A stretch of 63,350 bases of DNA, counting the filler, from Octopus bimaculoides (lineage: Eukaryota), in NCBI RefSeq assembly GCF_001194135.2. It is 6 parts of 5 records of this genome, joined end to end, with 100 filler letters (N's around TTAATTAATTAA, not from the genome) between each part and the next. Parts side by side here need not be neighbours in the genome. Positions count along the whole stretch, not along the records: positions 23,393 to 32,016 come from NC_068990.1; positions 32,117 to 38,106 come from NC_068997.1; 4 more parts are not named here. One strand, written 5' to 3'. The position numbers were made by a program, and so were the translations under genes. The first letter of the stretch is position 1, and every line of letters starts with the position of its first letter. The notes beneath the pieces were generated by a model. That model was not told the DNA's origin. It did not search any database and saw only the letters and a program-made list of their open reading frames with translations. Positions 23,610-36,330 of this stretch are shown here, piece after piece.

Positions 23610-23999
23610 AAATAAATGAATACGTTTGAGATAATGTTGCCATAATCTGTCTTTGCGCTAGAAATCACATTCTCTCAAGATATAATTTTAAAAATATATT
23701 GGAGAATGATGTAGATTAAAAAAAAAGAAAAAAGAATTGCAACTCTTCTAGCGAACTATCGACGCTACAGTACAATAAAATGTTCTATGAATTTTTGAAC
23801 AGATGCTATGAGGCATATCTATTAGTTTTTGAAGGCAACGAATTGTTCCGACTCTCTACGCTTGCAATTCAAATCCTGTCGAGATTAGCTATGCGCTTTA
23901 TCTTTTCGGAATCGATAAAATGTTTCAATCCGGAGTATAGGTAACGGTGGGGAAGAGAATTATTAGAGGGTTGTACTGCGATTTCTGTTCCAGCTCTTT

Positions 24000-25675
24000 A
24001 CGTTCTGGTTGTAACGCCTACAACGAGAGTGATACCCAACTGCATCAGCCTAAGTAGGCAGCTTTTCTCTCAGATAATCATCGGTGAGTTGGGGAGAGGA
24101 GATTTGCATACATGGGCAACTGCAAGTCTTCCACAAGAAATCTTGCCCAGACCTGCGTATNNNNNNNNNNTTTTCTCTCAGATAATCATCGGTGAGTTGG
24201 GGAGAGGAGATTTGCATACATGGGCAACTGCAAGTCTTCCACAAGAAATCTTGCCCAGACCTGCGTATACAATGCAAAGATTCATGTCAACCTTGACCAA
24301 CAAAGTCTCTAAATTACTGGTTGAATGTCAATTATAGGAAGCGAATATCTAGCTGTGTTGTCCAGGTTTAAAATTTTGAGTGAGATTTCTTTTTGAAGGC
24401 AATACTACTCAACATTTGAAATAAAGCAATTTAAATACCAGTCTTCAGACAACGCTTGAGTCATTCATACCTTCTTGTTTGATTGTCAGCGGACAAGAAG
24501 TGTGTACTTATAAATATTTTTTAATGCACGCGAGTTTTTAGAATGGTTGTTTTAAAAGGATTTAAGCTTATATCCAGTGAATTTCCTTCTAGTACACAGA
24601 GCTATTCGATCATTAAATCCCATAAACCTTGTAATGGCTTTTGTCGTTTTGTGAATGCATGTTAGTTCGCTCATCCTTTTCCAATATAAATTAGTTTAGT
24701 ACACGTTTTAAAATTTCCTCCATTAACTATCCTTATTAAATCATCTTAAGTTTTAAGAAACTTCTCTGTTGTTAGTACATCAGCACTCGCTATATTTCTC
24801 GTTGGTCGGACATTATGCAGACTATGAATTTTAGGATCGAGTGAGCTATCCATTGCTTGCTTGGAAGTTTCATTGCAATTCCCCCTATTCCTTTTTTCGA
24901 AAAATCTATTGCCTTAGTTTGAATTGTTAGTAGGCTTATAGGCACACTTCTTTGTTTAAAATAAAAATCTTACCTTCCCTAGATCACCACAATTGTTCTT
25001 GTCGCATCTTTGTTACTAATATCGACCCATAAAGATGCCATAATCATTAGCGCGCCAGATGAAATGCTTAGCGGCATATCTTCTGGCTTTTTACATTACG
25101 ATTTTAAATTCCGCAGAGGTCGACTTTGCTTTTCATTCTTTCGGGCTCGGATTGCTGGCTTTGTGCTAAAATTTCAAACCATTATCGTCGACCGCATAGG
25201 AGCTGCATCTTTTATTGAAGCTGAAACTCTCTCTTTGTCCTTAACAATAGGAAAAGTCGTTGAGTGGGACAAATTTTGAAAATATGCGCTCTCATTTACT
25301 TTTCTTTCCTTCCCGTTGGTTAACTATTTTCATTTTAAACTCCTAAACAAGAAAAAAACAAGAGCAAAAGGATTTCCTCTTCTAGCTCGATGTACTGATA
25401 GATTGAGAAATTTTCCGTCTGCACATCTTTGGAAGCTAAGCGAGGTATCTATGATAAAACTGAGGCTACAGTTAGAAGGTACTGAAACGACAAAAACAGC
25501 GTTCATGAATTTTTGAATATTTCCTTTTTGTGCATGATCTAAAGACCAACCATAGGCAAACAACAGTCCGCGAGACTTTCTGAATGGCACCCTAATGAAA
25601 AAACTGCCCTGAATTTTTTATATGATGAGTCATGTTTCATATGCTTCGCTTCTCAGAAAAGGTTGCCCATGCCTG
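24000..25675 (-). mobile_element. ancient hAT (Charlie/SPIN-like) transposon relic with a SINE B fragment nested at 25045-25145
   Basis: Terminal CAGGCATGGGCAACCTTTT is a hAT-type TIR. Faint remnants include KERKVNE..FQ, NSRALK and LTDDYLRE. The second TIR was not found. Confidence 0.4.
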
Positions 25676-26044
25676 ATATAAACACATGTGTTGTAACTTC
25701 AGACACGGTCGGTGCTAGAAAGTGCAGGGCACAATTAGAGAATTGTCAGTGGAGCCTGCTACTCTACAAAAGCTTAAGATTGATGCTTTATGCATCATAT
25801 TGTACGCCAGGCCAAGCCAAAAAGCGTTGAGGGCTTGAGGCATTCCCATTTGGCATAACGATATACTAAAAACCCATCATAGCGTCCTCTACTCGAGCAT
25901 ATGCATGGGGCTATCTCTCGAATACATCTGTCTAATTGGCTTCAAACTGGCTCTGATTGCAGGTGCTCTTAAATAGTAAATGTTGTAAGTCGATGGAGTA
26001 TGTCTGTCTATTTGTTTGTTTATCGGTCTATAGTTTTAGGGAAA

Positions 26045-26253
26045 ATAACCAAGTTTCAAGAACTCATCGATGAAAATCCACTATCACATATAGAAAAATT
26101 AATAATTAAAAGCACAATAAATGAGTATAATATAAAACAAAGTAAATATCATAAGATAAAGATAATAATAATTATCTTTATTGTGCTTTTAATTATTAAT
26201 TTTTCTATATGTGATAGTGGATTTTCATCGATGAGTTCTTGAAACTTGGTTAT
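26045..26253. repeat. perfect 77-bp inverted repeat, right arm running into a gap
   Basis: 26045-26121 is the exact reverse complement of 26177-26253, with a 55-bp spacer. Confidence 0.95.
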
Positions 26254-27371
26254 NNNNNNNNNNNNNNNNNNNNNNNNNNNNNNNNNNNNNNNNNNNNNNN
26301 NNNNNNNNNNNNNNNNNNNNNNNNNNNNNNNNNNNNNNNNNNNNNNNNNNNNNNNNNNNNNNNNNNNNNNNNNNNNNNNNNNNNNNNNNNNNNNNNNNNN
26401 NNNNNNNNNNNNNNNNNNNNNNNNNNNNNNNNNNNNNNNNNNNNNNNNNNNNNNNNNNNNNNNNNNNNNNNNNNNNNNNNNNNNNNNNNNNNNNNNNNNN
26501 NNNNNNNNNNNNNNNNNNNNNNNNNNNNNNNNNNNNNNNNNNNNNNNNNNNNNNNNNNNNNNNNNNNNNNNNNNNNNNNNNNNNNNNNNNNNNNNNNNNN
26601 NNNNNNNNNNNNNNNNNNNNNNNNNNNNNNNNNNNNNNNNNNNNNNNNNNNNNNNNNNNNNNNNNNNNNNNNNNNNNNNNNNNNNNNNNNNNNNNNNNNN
26701 NNNNNNNNNNNNNNNNNNNNNNNNNNNNNNNNNNNNNNNNNNNNNNNNNNNNNNNNNNNNNNNNNNNNNNNNNNNNNNNNNNNNNNNNNNNNNNNNNNNN
26801 NNNNNNNNNNNNNNNNNNNNNNNNNNNNNNNNNNNNNNNNNNNNNNNNNNNNNNNNNNNNNNNNNNNNNNNNNNNNNNNNNNNNNNNNNNNNNNNNNNNN
26901 NNNNNNNNNNNNNNNNNNNNNNNNNNNNNNNNNNNNNNNNNNNNNNNNNNNNNNNNNNNNNNNNNNNNNNNNNNNNNNNNNNNNNNNNNNNNNNNNNNNN
27001 NNNNNNNNNNNNNNNNNNNNNNNNNNNNNNNNNNNNNNNNNNNNNNNNNNNNNNNNNNNNNNNNNNNNNNNNNNNNNNNNNNNNNNNNNNNNNNNNNNNN
27101 NNNNNNNNNNNNNNNNNNNNNNNNNNNNNNNNNNNNNNNNNNNNNNNNNNNNNNNNNNNNNNNNNNNNNNNNNNNNNNNNNNNNNNNNNNNNNNNNNNNN
27201 NNNNATATATATATATATATATATAAATATATATTATAAAGTTTGCTATATATTAAAATCAGAATAAGCAACAAGGATATCCGGAGGTAATCCATCGGTG
27301 CAGGCTGTGTCTCGTCAGAGGTCTCATTTAAATAAGATACCTCACTATATATACTGAGTTTCACTTGGCAT

Positions 27372-30300
27372 TAGGCTATGGGCTACTGGGGTCATAGTAT
27401 ACCCCCCTTGTGATTTATTTTAATAGGTATTTTCATGTAACCCCGGGTCTAACAAGTCAGAAAATTTATGTTGCCAGAAATAAAAACCGGGATGGGAGAA
27501 ACCTCACATTATTTTCGATGTTTATTGCCAGTATTGAACATTCTTATCCCAGTGCGGAGGATCTGTTAAAGAGAGGTGCAATCAGTGTGGTGTGATACTT
27601 TTTTCCAGGAAATAGGTATACTGTCCACAAGACAATAGAAGAAACCTTTATGAAGCCAAAAGGTGGAAGTGGTTCGACTGGAGTGGGTATTGGCGGTATG
27701 CAGACAAACTACAATGCCTATCAAAGATAGACAGAGTCAGGTAAAATACGAGTCAAATTCCTTCAGGCTACATTTTGTCTAGCTGGAATGTCTGATGAAA
27801 AAGACAAAGGACTGTAACATCGGGTTGTTCGCCCTTGTGAAATTGCAACCAGCGAGAAACTTGTCTCAAGGACCATTACAAGTATCAAGTTCTTCAACAA
27901 CCCTTTCAACACCCCAATTGATGGAAAGTTGTACAATTTATCATCCGGTGCTCCGGCTTCAGAAGTTGCGAAGGACGTCCTCATTGCTGAGACTGTTGGT
28001 AGGCTAGCAAAGGAGGACTTCATAGAAAACAGACTAATGAAGAAGGATGGCTTCTTTGATTCTATTAAACGCCCAAGTTTGAAAACAATGGCACACATGC
28101 ATATGTCTGTGAAACTCTAAACTTCTCAAAACAAAGTTGTCGAGTATAAGCAGCAGGGAAACATAGCGTTTCACTTACTAGTGAAGTCTCAAGCACAGAT
28201 TGATTGGAAACTTAACCTTGACATACTGTTGACAGCCATTGACGCCTGCTCTATACAGCATTGGATTGGCAGATGGATTTTTAGCAAAAACAGACAAATA
28301 GATAGGCTTCAAACATGTTGCGAAAGAATGTGATAATACACAGTTACCTGATCCAAGACAGCTTCATTATAGAGGATAGAAATGCAGTGTTCTATTGCTT
28401 GCGTGAGATTCCACAATCATTCGGGGAAATATCTCGTAAGGTGTTGGGATTTGCTCTTCACCTGTCACCTGTCATATTTAGCAATGACATGTACAAGGAA
28501 GACTCTGTAAAAGGGGTGGAACGAAACAGACAAACTCATTCTGAGTGGTGAGAAAACAAAGCGTCCGAAAGACTGGAAAATCTTTCTTGCACATGTTGAG
28601 AACAAGATACAGTTCATTCAGCTTTTGCTCTCAACTTGGAGGAGTGAGGTGTCGGCCGACATTCTCACTGGACATGAGATGGTACTGATATGTGAAGGAA
28701 AAGCTTACCAGTTAACATCGGATGGACATAACACATTCTGTCAAGAAATACACTCTCTGGAATCTTCATAGAAAGAAACTGACACTTGTGTGACCTTGTA
28801 TTGCCTGTATGCCAAAGAAAGGAGATGAAAATCCGTTCGCGTGAGGAGTCCCGATTCAGACATATTTTTCATCTTACTTCACCACGCTAGATTCCTGGAA
28901 GGACTTCAAATTCTGTTTGAAATTGGAAAGGGCAACACACAACACTGTATCGATGTGACCAAGCTGTCTGTGTCTTCCACGCCTGTTCTCTGTTCTGCAT
29001 TGCTGAGTCATCATGCCTTCACCGGGTGCGATAATACCAGTGCTTTCAAAGGAAAGGGGAAAGTGAAGGGACCGAAAGTCGTTGAAATAGAGGAATCATT
29101 CCAGAAAGCGTTCTCCAAGTTAGGGGAGTCTTGGGAAGTCGATGAGGAGGTGCTGTGTGGTAACAAAAGGACAAAAAAGATGAGTACATTGCANNNNNNN
29201 NNNNNNNNNNNNNNNNNNNNNNNNNNNNNNNNNNNNNNNNNNNNNNNNNNNNNNNNNNNNNNNNNNNNNNNNNNNNNNNNNNNNNNNNNNNNNNNNNNNN
29301 NNNNNNNNNNNNNNNNNNNNNNNNNNNNNNNNNNNNNNNNNNNNNNNNNNNNNNNNNNNNNNNNNNNNNNNNNNNNNNNNNNNNNNNNNNNNNNNNNNNN
29401 NNNNNNNNNNNNNNNNNNNNNNNNNNNNNNNNNNNNNNNNNNNNNNNNNNNNNNNNNNNNNNNNNNNNNNNNNNNNNNNNNNNNNNNNNNNNNNNNNNNN
29501 NNNNNNNNNNNNNNNNNNNNNNNNNNNNNNNNNNNNNNNNNNNNNNNNNNNNNNNNNNNNNNNNNNNNNNNNNNNNNNNNNNNNNNNNNNNNNNNNNNNN
29601 NNNNNNNNNNNNNNNNNNNNNNNNNNNNNNNNNNNNNNNNNNNNNNNNNNNNNNNNNNNNNNNNNNNNNNNNNNNNNNNNNNNNNNNNNNNNNNNNNNNN
29701 NNNNNNNNNNNNNNNNNNNNNNNNNNNNNNNNNNNNNNNNNNNNNNNNNNNNNNNNNNNNNNNNNNNNNNNNNNNNNNNNNNNNNNNNNNNNNNNNNNNN
29801 NNNNNNNNNNNNNNNNNNNNNNNNNNNNNNNNNNNNNNNNNNNNNNNNNNNNNNNNNNNNNNNNNNNNNNNNNNNNNNNNNNNNNNNNNNNNNNNNNNNN
29901 NNNNNNNNNNNNNNNNNNNNNNNNNNNNNNNNNNNNNNNNNNNNNNNNNNNNNNNNNNNNNNNNNNNNNNNNNNNNNNNNNNNNNNNNNNNNNNNNNNNN
30001 NNNNNNNNNNNNNNNNNNNNNNNNNNNNNNNNNNNNNNNNNNNNNNNNNNNNNNNNNNNNNNNNNNNNNNNNNNNNNNNNNNNNNNNNNNNNNNNNNNNN
30101 NNNNNNNNNNNNNNNNNNNNNNNNNNNNTTGTTTAAACTTGAGAGATAGAAAGTATTATACAAGCCGGCATTTGTTTCAATATTAAAATTATATGGCACA
30201 TTTCATAACGACCATATATAACAAATTGCTATGGTGTAGGTAGGGTCAACTTTTGTTTAGTTTTGATTTCAACAACCTTTTTGAAGAAAACATTTGCATA

Positions 30301-30866
30301 ATTTGATGTTTCATTTTATAGATCAACTCAAATATCATCGTCTGTGGTCATTTGCAATGACTCAAGGAAAGATTCCAAAGTACCACACGCTAGATTTTGC
30401 CTTACTTCTATTCAACATATTCAATAATACCTACAAAAGAGAATGTAAAAGTGCAGAAATATCTCACATTCCACGGGGTAAACACTTCTTTTCAATTTGT
30501 TTTTTTTTTTTTACTTCTGGTATTGAAAAGCACATGTAAACCTTCGTTTTGATTAATTTTCAATAAGAAATAAATGTTATATAGTCTTGGTGATAAATAA
30601 AACCTGTGCATTTTAAGTGGTCATTTAAAACATTTTGGCGAAGAGTTGCAAAGTAAGAACTGTTTGAATTTTCGATACTCCTAATTTTCTGCCACCAGCT
30701 GTAAAAGTGGGCGTGGTCAAAATGTCCATGGCAGGTATCTTCTATCCCAATGTTTTTTTCTAGCAACATCAAGTTTTTGACTTGTTAGACCCAGGGCTAC
30801 ATGAAACTCCTCATTAAAGTAAATCACAAGTGGGGTGCACCATGATTCCTACTAGCCCATGGCTTA
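27372..30866 (+). mobile_element. Academ (AcademX-like) DNA transposon, internally deleted and decayed
   Basis: Degenerate TIRs of about 135 bp (27372-27505 and 30733-30866) start TAGGCTATGGG and TAAGCCATGGG, with CAT on both flanks (27369-71, 30867-69). Relic protein DKTIEETFMK..GG..G.GG..TNYNAYQR and an XPG/FEN1-like segment ETDT...VRSPDSDIFFILL...HAFTGCDNTSAFKGKGK. Confidence 0.75.
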
Positions 30867-30918
30867 CATGTGGTTGCCTGTAATATGCTGGCCAAATTGA
30901 CAGAGGATGAAAATCATT

Positions 30919-30958
<40 letters not shown>

Positions 30959-31626
30959 CGCGTTCATGCGTGGGTGTGTGTGTGCGTGCGTGTGTGTGTG
31001 TGTGTGTGTGTGTTTGGTTGCCTCGATAACTGACGAGATTATTTTTTGATTGCCTCGGTAACTGACGAGATGCCGGAGCAGTTTTCCGCCCCGATATCCG
31101 AAACTCAGAGTCCTATTATGGTAACCGAATAATTGCCACATATTATATTACAGATACNNNNNNNNNNNNNNNNNNNNNNNNNNNNNNNNNNNNNNNNNNN
31201 NNNNNNNNNNNNNNNNNNNNNNNNNNNNNNNNNNNNNNNNNNNNNNNNNNNNNNNNNNNNNNNNNNNNNNNNNNNNNNNNNNNNNNNNNNNNNNNNNNNN
31301 NNNNNNNNNNNNNNNNNNNNNNNNNNNNNNNNNNNNNNNNNNNNNNNNNNNNNNNNNNNNNNNNNNNNNNNNNNNNNNNNNNNNNNNNNNNNNNNNNNNN
31401 NNNNNNNNNNNNNNNNNNNNNNNNNNNNNNNNNNNNNNNNNNNNNNNNNNNNNNNNNNNNNNNNNNNNNNNNNNNNNNNNNNNNNNNNNNNNNNCTATTA
31501 AGTTATATTTATGGTAAGATTCAAAAGTCTTCTTACCATAAATATAATTTAATATAACCGTATACACGTGCTCCACTTGTGGCGTACAAATAGTATGCGA
31601 TCCTGTAAATTGTATTTATCCAACGG

Positions 31627-31690
31627 TCTGTACTGATGAGAAACAGATATTTTCGGTAAGAAATTATTAATTTCGAAACATGTTTACAGA
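31627..31690 (+). ncRNA. minimal type-I hammerhead ribozyme fold
   Basis: Stem I TCTGTA/TACAGA (6 bp), core CUGAUGA, stem II GAAA/TTTC, GAAA, and palindromic stem III AACATGTT. The cleavage triplet is GUU (cut after 31684). Confidence 0.7.
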
Positions 31691-32016
31691 TAATTGTATT
31701 TTTTTATGTAATTTCCACTGGTCTTGCCCGATTACGTTTTTGTTACCTCGCTAAATTCCCTTTGAGAATTATTCAGTCTTGGTAGACACATGACATGTGA
31801 TCTTCTAGCACATTAGTAGTCCACCTAGTGGCCTTCTTTATATATATTTTCATATATACATATACAACAATCCTTTGAGATCTCAGATATTTTTTCTGAA
31901 TCTCCTTGATTATTTTAATGTGCTTGTTCCCTGGTATTAAATTGATATTAATTAATATCCAATTTTTTACCCTATTGTTTAATTTATATATATATATATA
32001 TATATATACATTTGCT

Positions 32017-32116
32017 NNNNNNNNNNNNNNNNNNNNNNNNNNNNNNNNNNNNNNNNNNNNTTAATTAATTAANNNNNNNNNNNNNNNNNNNNNNNNNNNN
32101 NNNNNNNNNNNNNNNN
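32017..32116. other. synthetic scaffold-join spacer
   Basis: 44N-TTAATTAATTAA-44N. Confidence 0.95.
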
Positions 32117-32164
32117 CCGCTCGGTAGTGAAGTGAAAGCACGTTATAAAAATAAAACTACTGAA

Positions 32165-32460
32165 CATACCAGCAGATGACAACGTTTCTCTAAAAGAAAT
32201 GGAAAAACTTTCAAAATACAAAAACCTGGAAATAGAGGTAACTCGAATGTGGAATCTAAAAACAGAAACAATTCCTATCATAGTAGGTGCCTTAGGTATA
32301 ATAAAAAAATATTCAGACAAATACATAACAAAAACACCAGGACTTACAAATATATATAACATACACAAAATTGCACTACTGGGCACTGCACACATCCTAC
32401 GCAAAACACTTTCAATACAGTAACCATAAGAGCACCACAGCAAACCACAGCACATACATT
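32165..32460 (+). mobile_element. R4/Dong-clade LINE 3' end (restriction-like endonuclease C-terminus)
   Basis: KEMEKLSKYKNLEIEVTRMWNLKTETIPIIVGALG...LLGTAHILRKTLSIQ* followed by a UTR. Confidence 0.85.
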
Positions 32461-33019
32461 TTTCCATATATTCCCCACCAAATTTTCTTTTGTCGCCCTT
32501 GAACTTTTCAAAAAGCTGAAATGGCCAGTTTAAATCCTGAAGAGAGAGTTGCAGGTGCAGACGTCTGTCTACTAACCATCCAGACTACTACTATTACTAT
32601 AGATAGTGGCAGTAGCAAAGTCAGCAATTGCCAATCCCTTTACTTCAGCTACAGAAGGTAGCTCAGACAAAGACAGAAACAACAACATAATCAGCAACAT
32701 AAGAATAAAAATGATGAAAACAACACTGTTACTATGATTATAGAAGGTAGTTGCAAGGACAAAAGCAACAATGATAACGGTAATAATAGTGATAATAAAA
32801 GTGGTAGCGACTTCACTTTTCTTTTGGTACCCTGAACTTAATCTACCGAAAGATATAACAATTTAGCAATGGAATCTCTGAGAACTCATTTGGCATGATA
32901 GAAAAAAATCAGTTAAATCTCTCTCAAATCACACCTAACATCTAACAGAAAGCACACATTGGATAATGTAATTTTGTATGCTGCTGTTTATGCAAACAAC
33001 TCAGAGAATTGGTGCCACT

Positions 33020-34730
33020 CCTGCCCCGCACAGGTTAGTGTAACCTCTGCATCTGTAGGAGTCCTGCGACAAGTTATACAGGGTGAGCTTGGAGTCCCTA
33101 AGCCTTGGCTGGCAACCAAGTTAGAGCTGGTGTTGGAAAAGGGGTGATCCTTTACGTGAAACTTTCAACTAAACACACTTGGACAACAAATCTTGTAGGA
33201 AATCATTCTCAGTCATTGCAGTGACAGAAGCTAATACCTGTCCAGTTAATGGTGTGAACAGGAAAACTCCCCTGGGTATCCAAGACATTGGAGCTCTCAT
33301 GCCTGGCAGAGGGCATTGGTGTGGAAAACCAGACTCCATCCAGTCCTGGACCTTTTACTAGTCAAAATATGCAATGTGCTTGCAAATGCATGTTGTCTGT
33401 CAAAAAAGCAATTAAATGTCATGAATAAGCCTTGCTAGACAAGAGCAATGGTAAATGTAAAGCTATCACAAAAATAGTACTAGAACTTTGGAACCAGCTA
33501 TGTGTGTTCCAGAGTGTTGAAAATGGGCTCATTATTCAGATAAAAAAGATTCAGAATAGAGGCTTTCTTAATGAAGCCCAAATTCAGACAATCAGAGAAA
33601 GCTTCTGTAATGATGATAACCTCAAGCAGGATAATGTAGGTGAAAGTAGGCAGATGAAATGGCAAAGTGAAGGTGTAGTAGAGGTGAGCGACTTATGTGG
33701 AGGAATTGGAAGGAATCAGTATAATGTAAAGGACCCTGTATTACATGAGGATATGACTGAAGAACAGAGGGACCTAATGATAAGTCTTGAAGAAATAATC
33801 ATTGCAGATATCAAACTGATGAATTTGAGATGCTTCAATTGTGACAATATGAAATGAGTGACCCAATAGTTTGATGAAATTCTGAAATATATTCCAATGA
33901 AAGACCTATCAGAAACAAGGAACTTGATTAGATCTGCAATTTCAGTTAGGTTGGTAAAAATGAGAGGAAAATCAGGCAGACAGAAGGTGCCATGGTGGAA
34001 ATCGAGAATTGAAAGTGATATTAAAACCTTGCCTGAAGATCTGAGTCGCAGATAAGAATGGTCCAAAAGGCAATGGAAATATATTAAAGAAGCTATGAAG
34101 GCATATCTTGAAATAAAATACCATGTAGAAAATAAAGGGTTCAAAACTGTTATTGAAACACTAAAACAACATATTCAAACAAAAGTAGTGAAGATGCAAC
34201 ACTACACTGAATGCATATTGCAGTTCCATCAAAACAGATTATTCACAATCAACCAGAGGCAGTTTTTAGGAGTAATATATCCCCTGACACAGAGAAAACC
34301 TGACAATTTTGGAATAACATATGGGGGCAAGAGGTTACCCACAACCATGGTGCTGAGTGGATTTATTCCATGAGATCCGAACTCCAACACCCTGAGAATC
34401 AAAGGCAAAGTCATGTATCCAAAACAACAGAGGATGTAATTGCATAGGTACTGAAACTGCCAAACTGGAGAGCAGCAGAGCTAGATGGAATCAAGGCTAC
34501 TGGCTCAAGTGGTTTAGGTCAGCACATGAATGAATTGCTTTGCAATTAGATGATTGCCTACAAAATGATGTGGTTCCAGAATGGATGGTAGAGGTAAAGA
34601 CAGTATTGTTGATAAAAGATAGATCAAAGGGCAATTACCAACCCATTGTTTGTCCTCTTATGGAAAGTGTTAACAGGCATCCTCACAAGGAAAATAAATA
34701 CATTTGTTGCAGAAAACAATCTTATGGCCA
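33020..34730 (+). mobile_element. old R4/Dong-clade LINE, 5' part to start of RT, heavily decayed
   Basis: Fragments KVPWWKSRIESDI, KYHVENKGFKTVIETLKQ, QFHQNRLFTINQRQF and LQLDDCLQNDVVPEWMVEVKTVLLIKDRSKGNYQPI. Confidence 0.7.
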
Positions 34731-35677
34731 CAATTAAGAGGAGGAGGGGGAGGAAAAGGAAGTAAGGTAACTCACCATGGTTGAGACTGATGCTCGCAGT
34801 GTACTGTCCACCTGAATTATATTCACATACTCCTCTCCCAGTGTCTGGAAACCTGAAACAAAAAAAAATATACCAGAATATAACTAAAATTATCATGAAT
34901 AATATGTATCTAGACACACGATCTTTACCACAGTACAAAACAATATTTGAACTAGAGTATCAATACAGCATGGGTTATGAATCAATAAATATGTGGTGTC
35001 ACATTTATATGTATTTAGTCTTGCAAATAAGTAAACAGTTTGAGATGAGGATTAATGATTGTTAATTAACATTTCATCATAATTTGTATACCTTATGGAG
35101 CCTAATTTCACAGTGAGACACTATATATTTATTTATTCACAACACACACTGTACTGCTATTCCAGTAATTATTTTTAGGCCATGCTTGATTAAGGAGAGC
35201 CTTACCATGGTGTCAAAGTAGATCCTGATGAATGGTTACTTAACAATGGAACTAAAAGAGTTTGATTCTCTTCCTATTCAGCAGAAAAGGCTTTTATTGA
35301 GCCTAATTTCTCATAGTGAATTTATATGGATAATACATCATACATATATTTATCCATTGGTACCCTAATGACAGATGGATAGGGGGGGGGGTGAGCAGGC
35401 AGGCACAAAAGCAAGCAAGCGGACAAGACAGACAGTCAAATTAGTGATAATATACTGAATGTAGGGGCAGTTAATTCAAATATATATAATCATGCAGTGA
35501 AAAAAAGACAATATTAGTTAATGACCAATATTATTTCAAATATTCTGTTGAGTTCAGACCTATTTTAACCTTTTTAGATTTCCTTATGCATGTATGTATG
35601 TGTGGCATTTTCTTCTTTTTATTTACAAGTATTCTTTTACCAGAAAAGTTATAGCACATTTGATTATGATAAGAATT

Positions 35678-36045
35678 GGTTTTGTATCAGGAAGAACAAC
35701 TATTGATGTTATTATCCTAATGAGTCAGCTGCAGGAAGAGTATCTACCCAGGAAAAAACTCCTATAACTTGAATTTCTTGACCTAGAAATGGTTTTTCAC
35801 AAGGTTTCATGCTCTGTGATTTATTTGGTAGGCACTAAGAAAGATTACAGTAGACAAGTAGCTAGTGAGAGTTGTATAAGCCACATACAGAGATGCAGTC
35901 AACGAAATGAGACCTAGTAATGAGTATAGTAATGAATTCAAAAGTGGGAGTTTAACAAAACTAAGTCGTCACCATACCATAACAGAAAAGATTCAAATTA
36001 TATGCCTATGGGAACCCCTTTATGCTGTTGACCTATTTCTTATGG
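35678..36045 (+). mobile_element. decayed RTE-clade reverse transcriptase fragment
   Basis: GFVSGRTTIDVIILMSQLQEEYL...FLDLEMVFHKV...CLWEPLYAVDL (relic of WELLYADDL). Confidence 0.7.
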
Positions 36046-36097
36046 CAAAATCTGTAGTAGAATTCATAAAGTAATTACTGACACAGAAACAAAATCT

Positions 36098-36330
36098 ATG
36101 GATGTGAAACATGGACCCCCATACCACCATCACATCAAATAGCTGGAACAGTTTCATACAAGAGCATTGTACAGGATCATGGACATTCGCTAGCAGAACA
36201 GAGGAACAAACAAAGAAGTGCTGGACAGAGCTAGTCCAACAAGCATTGAGTCAATGTTACTGAAGGCTCAGGTACACTGGACTAACAACTGTGTATCCAA
36301 ACAGCTGTTATACAGAGCTTTCTCACAAAC
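36098..36330 (+). mobile_element. RTE/BovB-like RT C-terminal fragment
   Basis: GCETWTPYHHHIK*LEQFHTRALYRIMDIR*QNRGTNKEVLDRASPTSIESMLLKAQVHW. Confidence 0.75.

Noticed and set aside
24063-24268. Exact 98-bp tandem duplication (ORF 24029-24337 appears to contain a repeat)
   Set aside because: The two copies abut either side of a 10-N gap, which is a classic unmerged contig overlap.
25330-25590. ORF with CSLSFIIDTSLSF, reminiscent of a VWA domain start
   Set aside because: There is no DxSxS motif and no splice sites, and it lies inside the putative hAT relic.
26225-27364. Long ORFs of 326-431 aa here and at 28841-30199, 11997-12959, 15444-16190 and 44652-45313
   Set aside because: They are open only because they run through N gaps and microsatellites.
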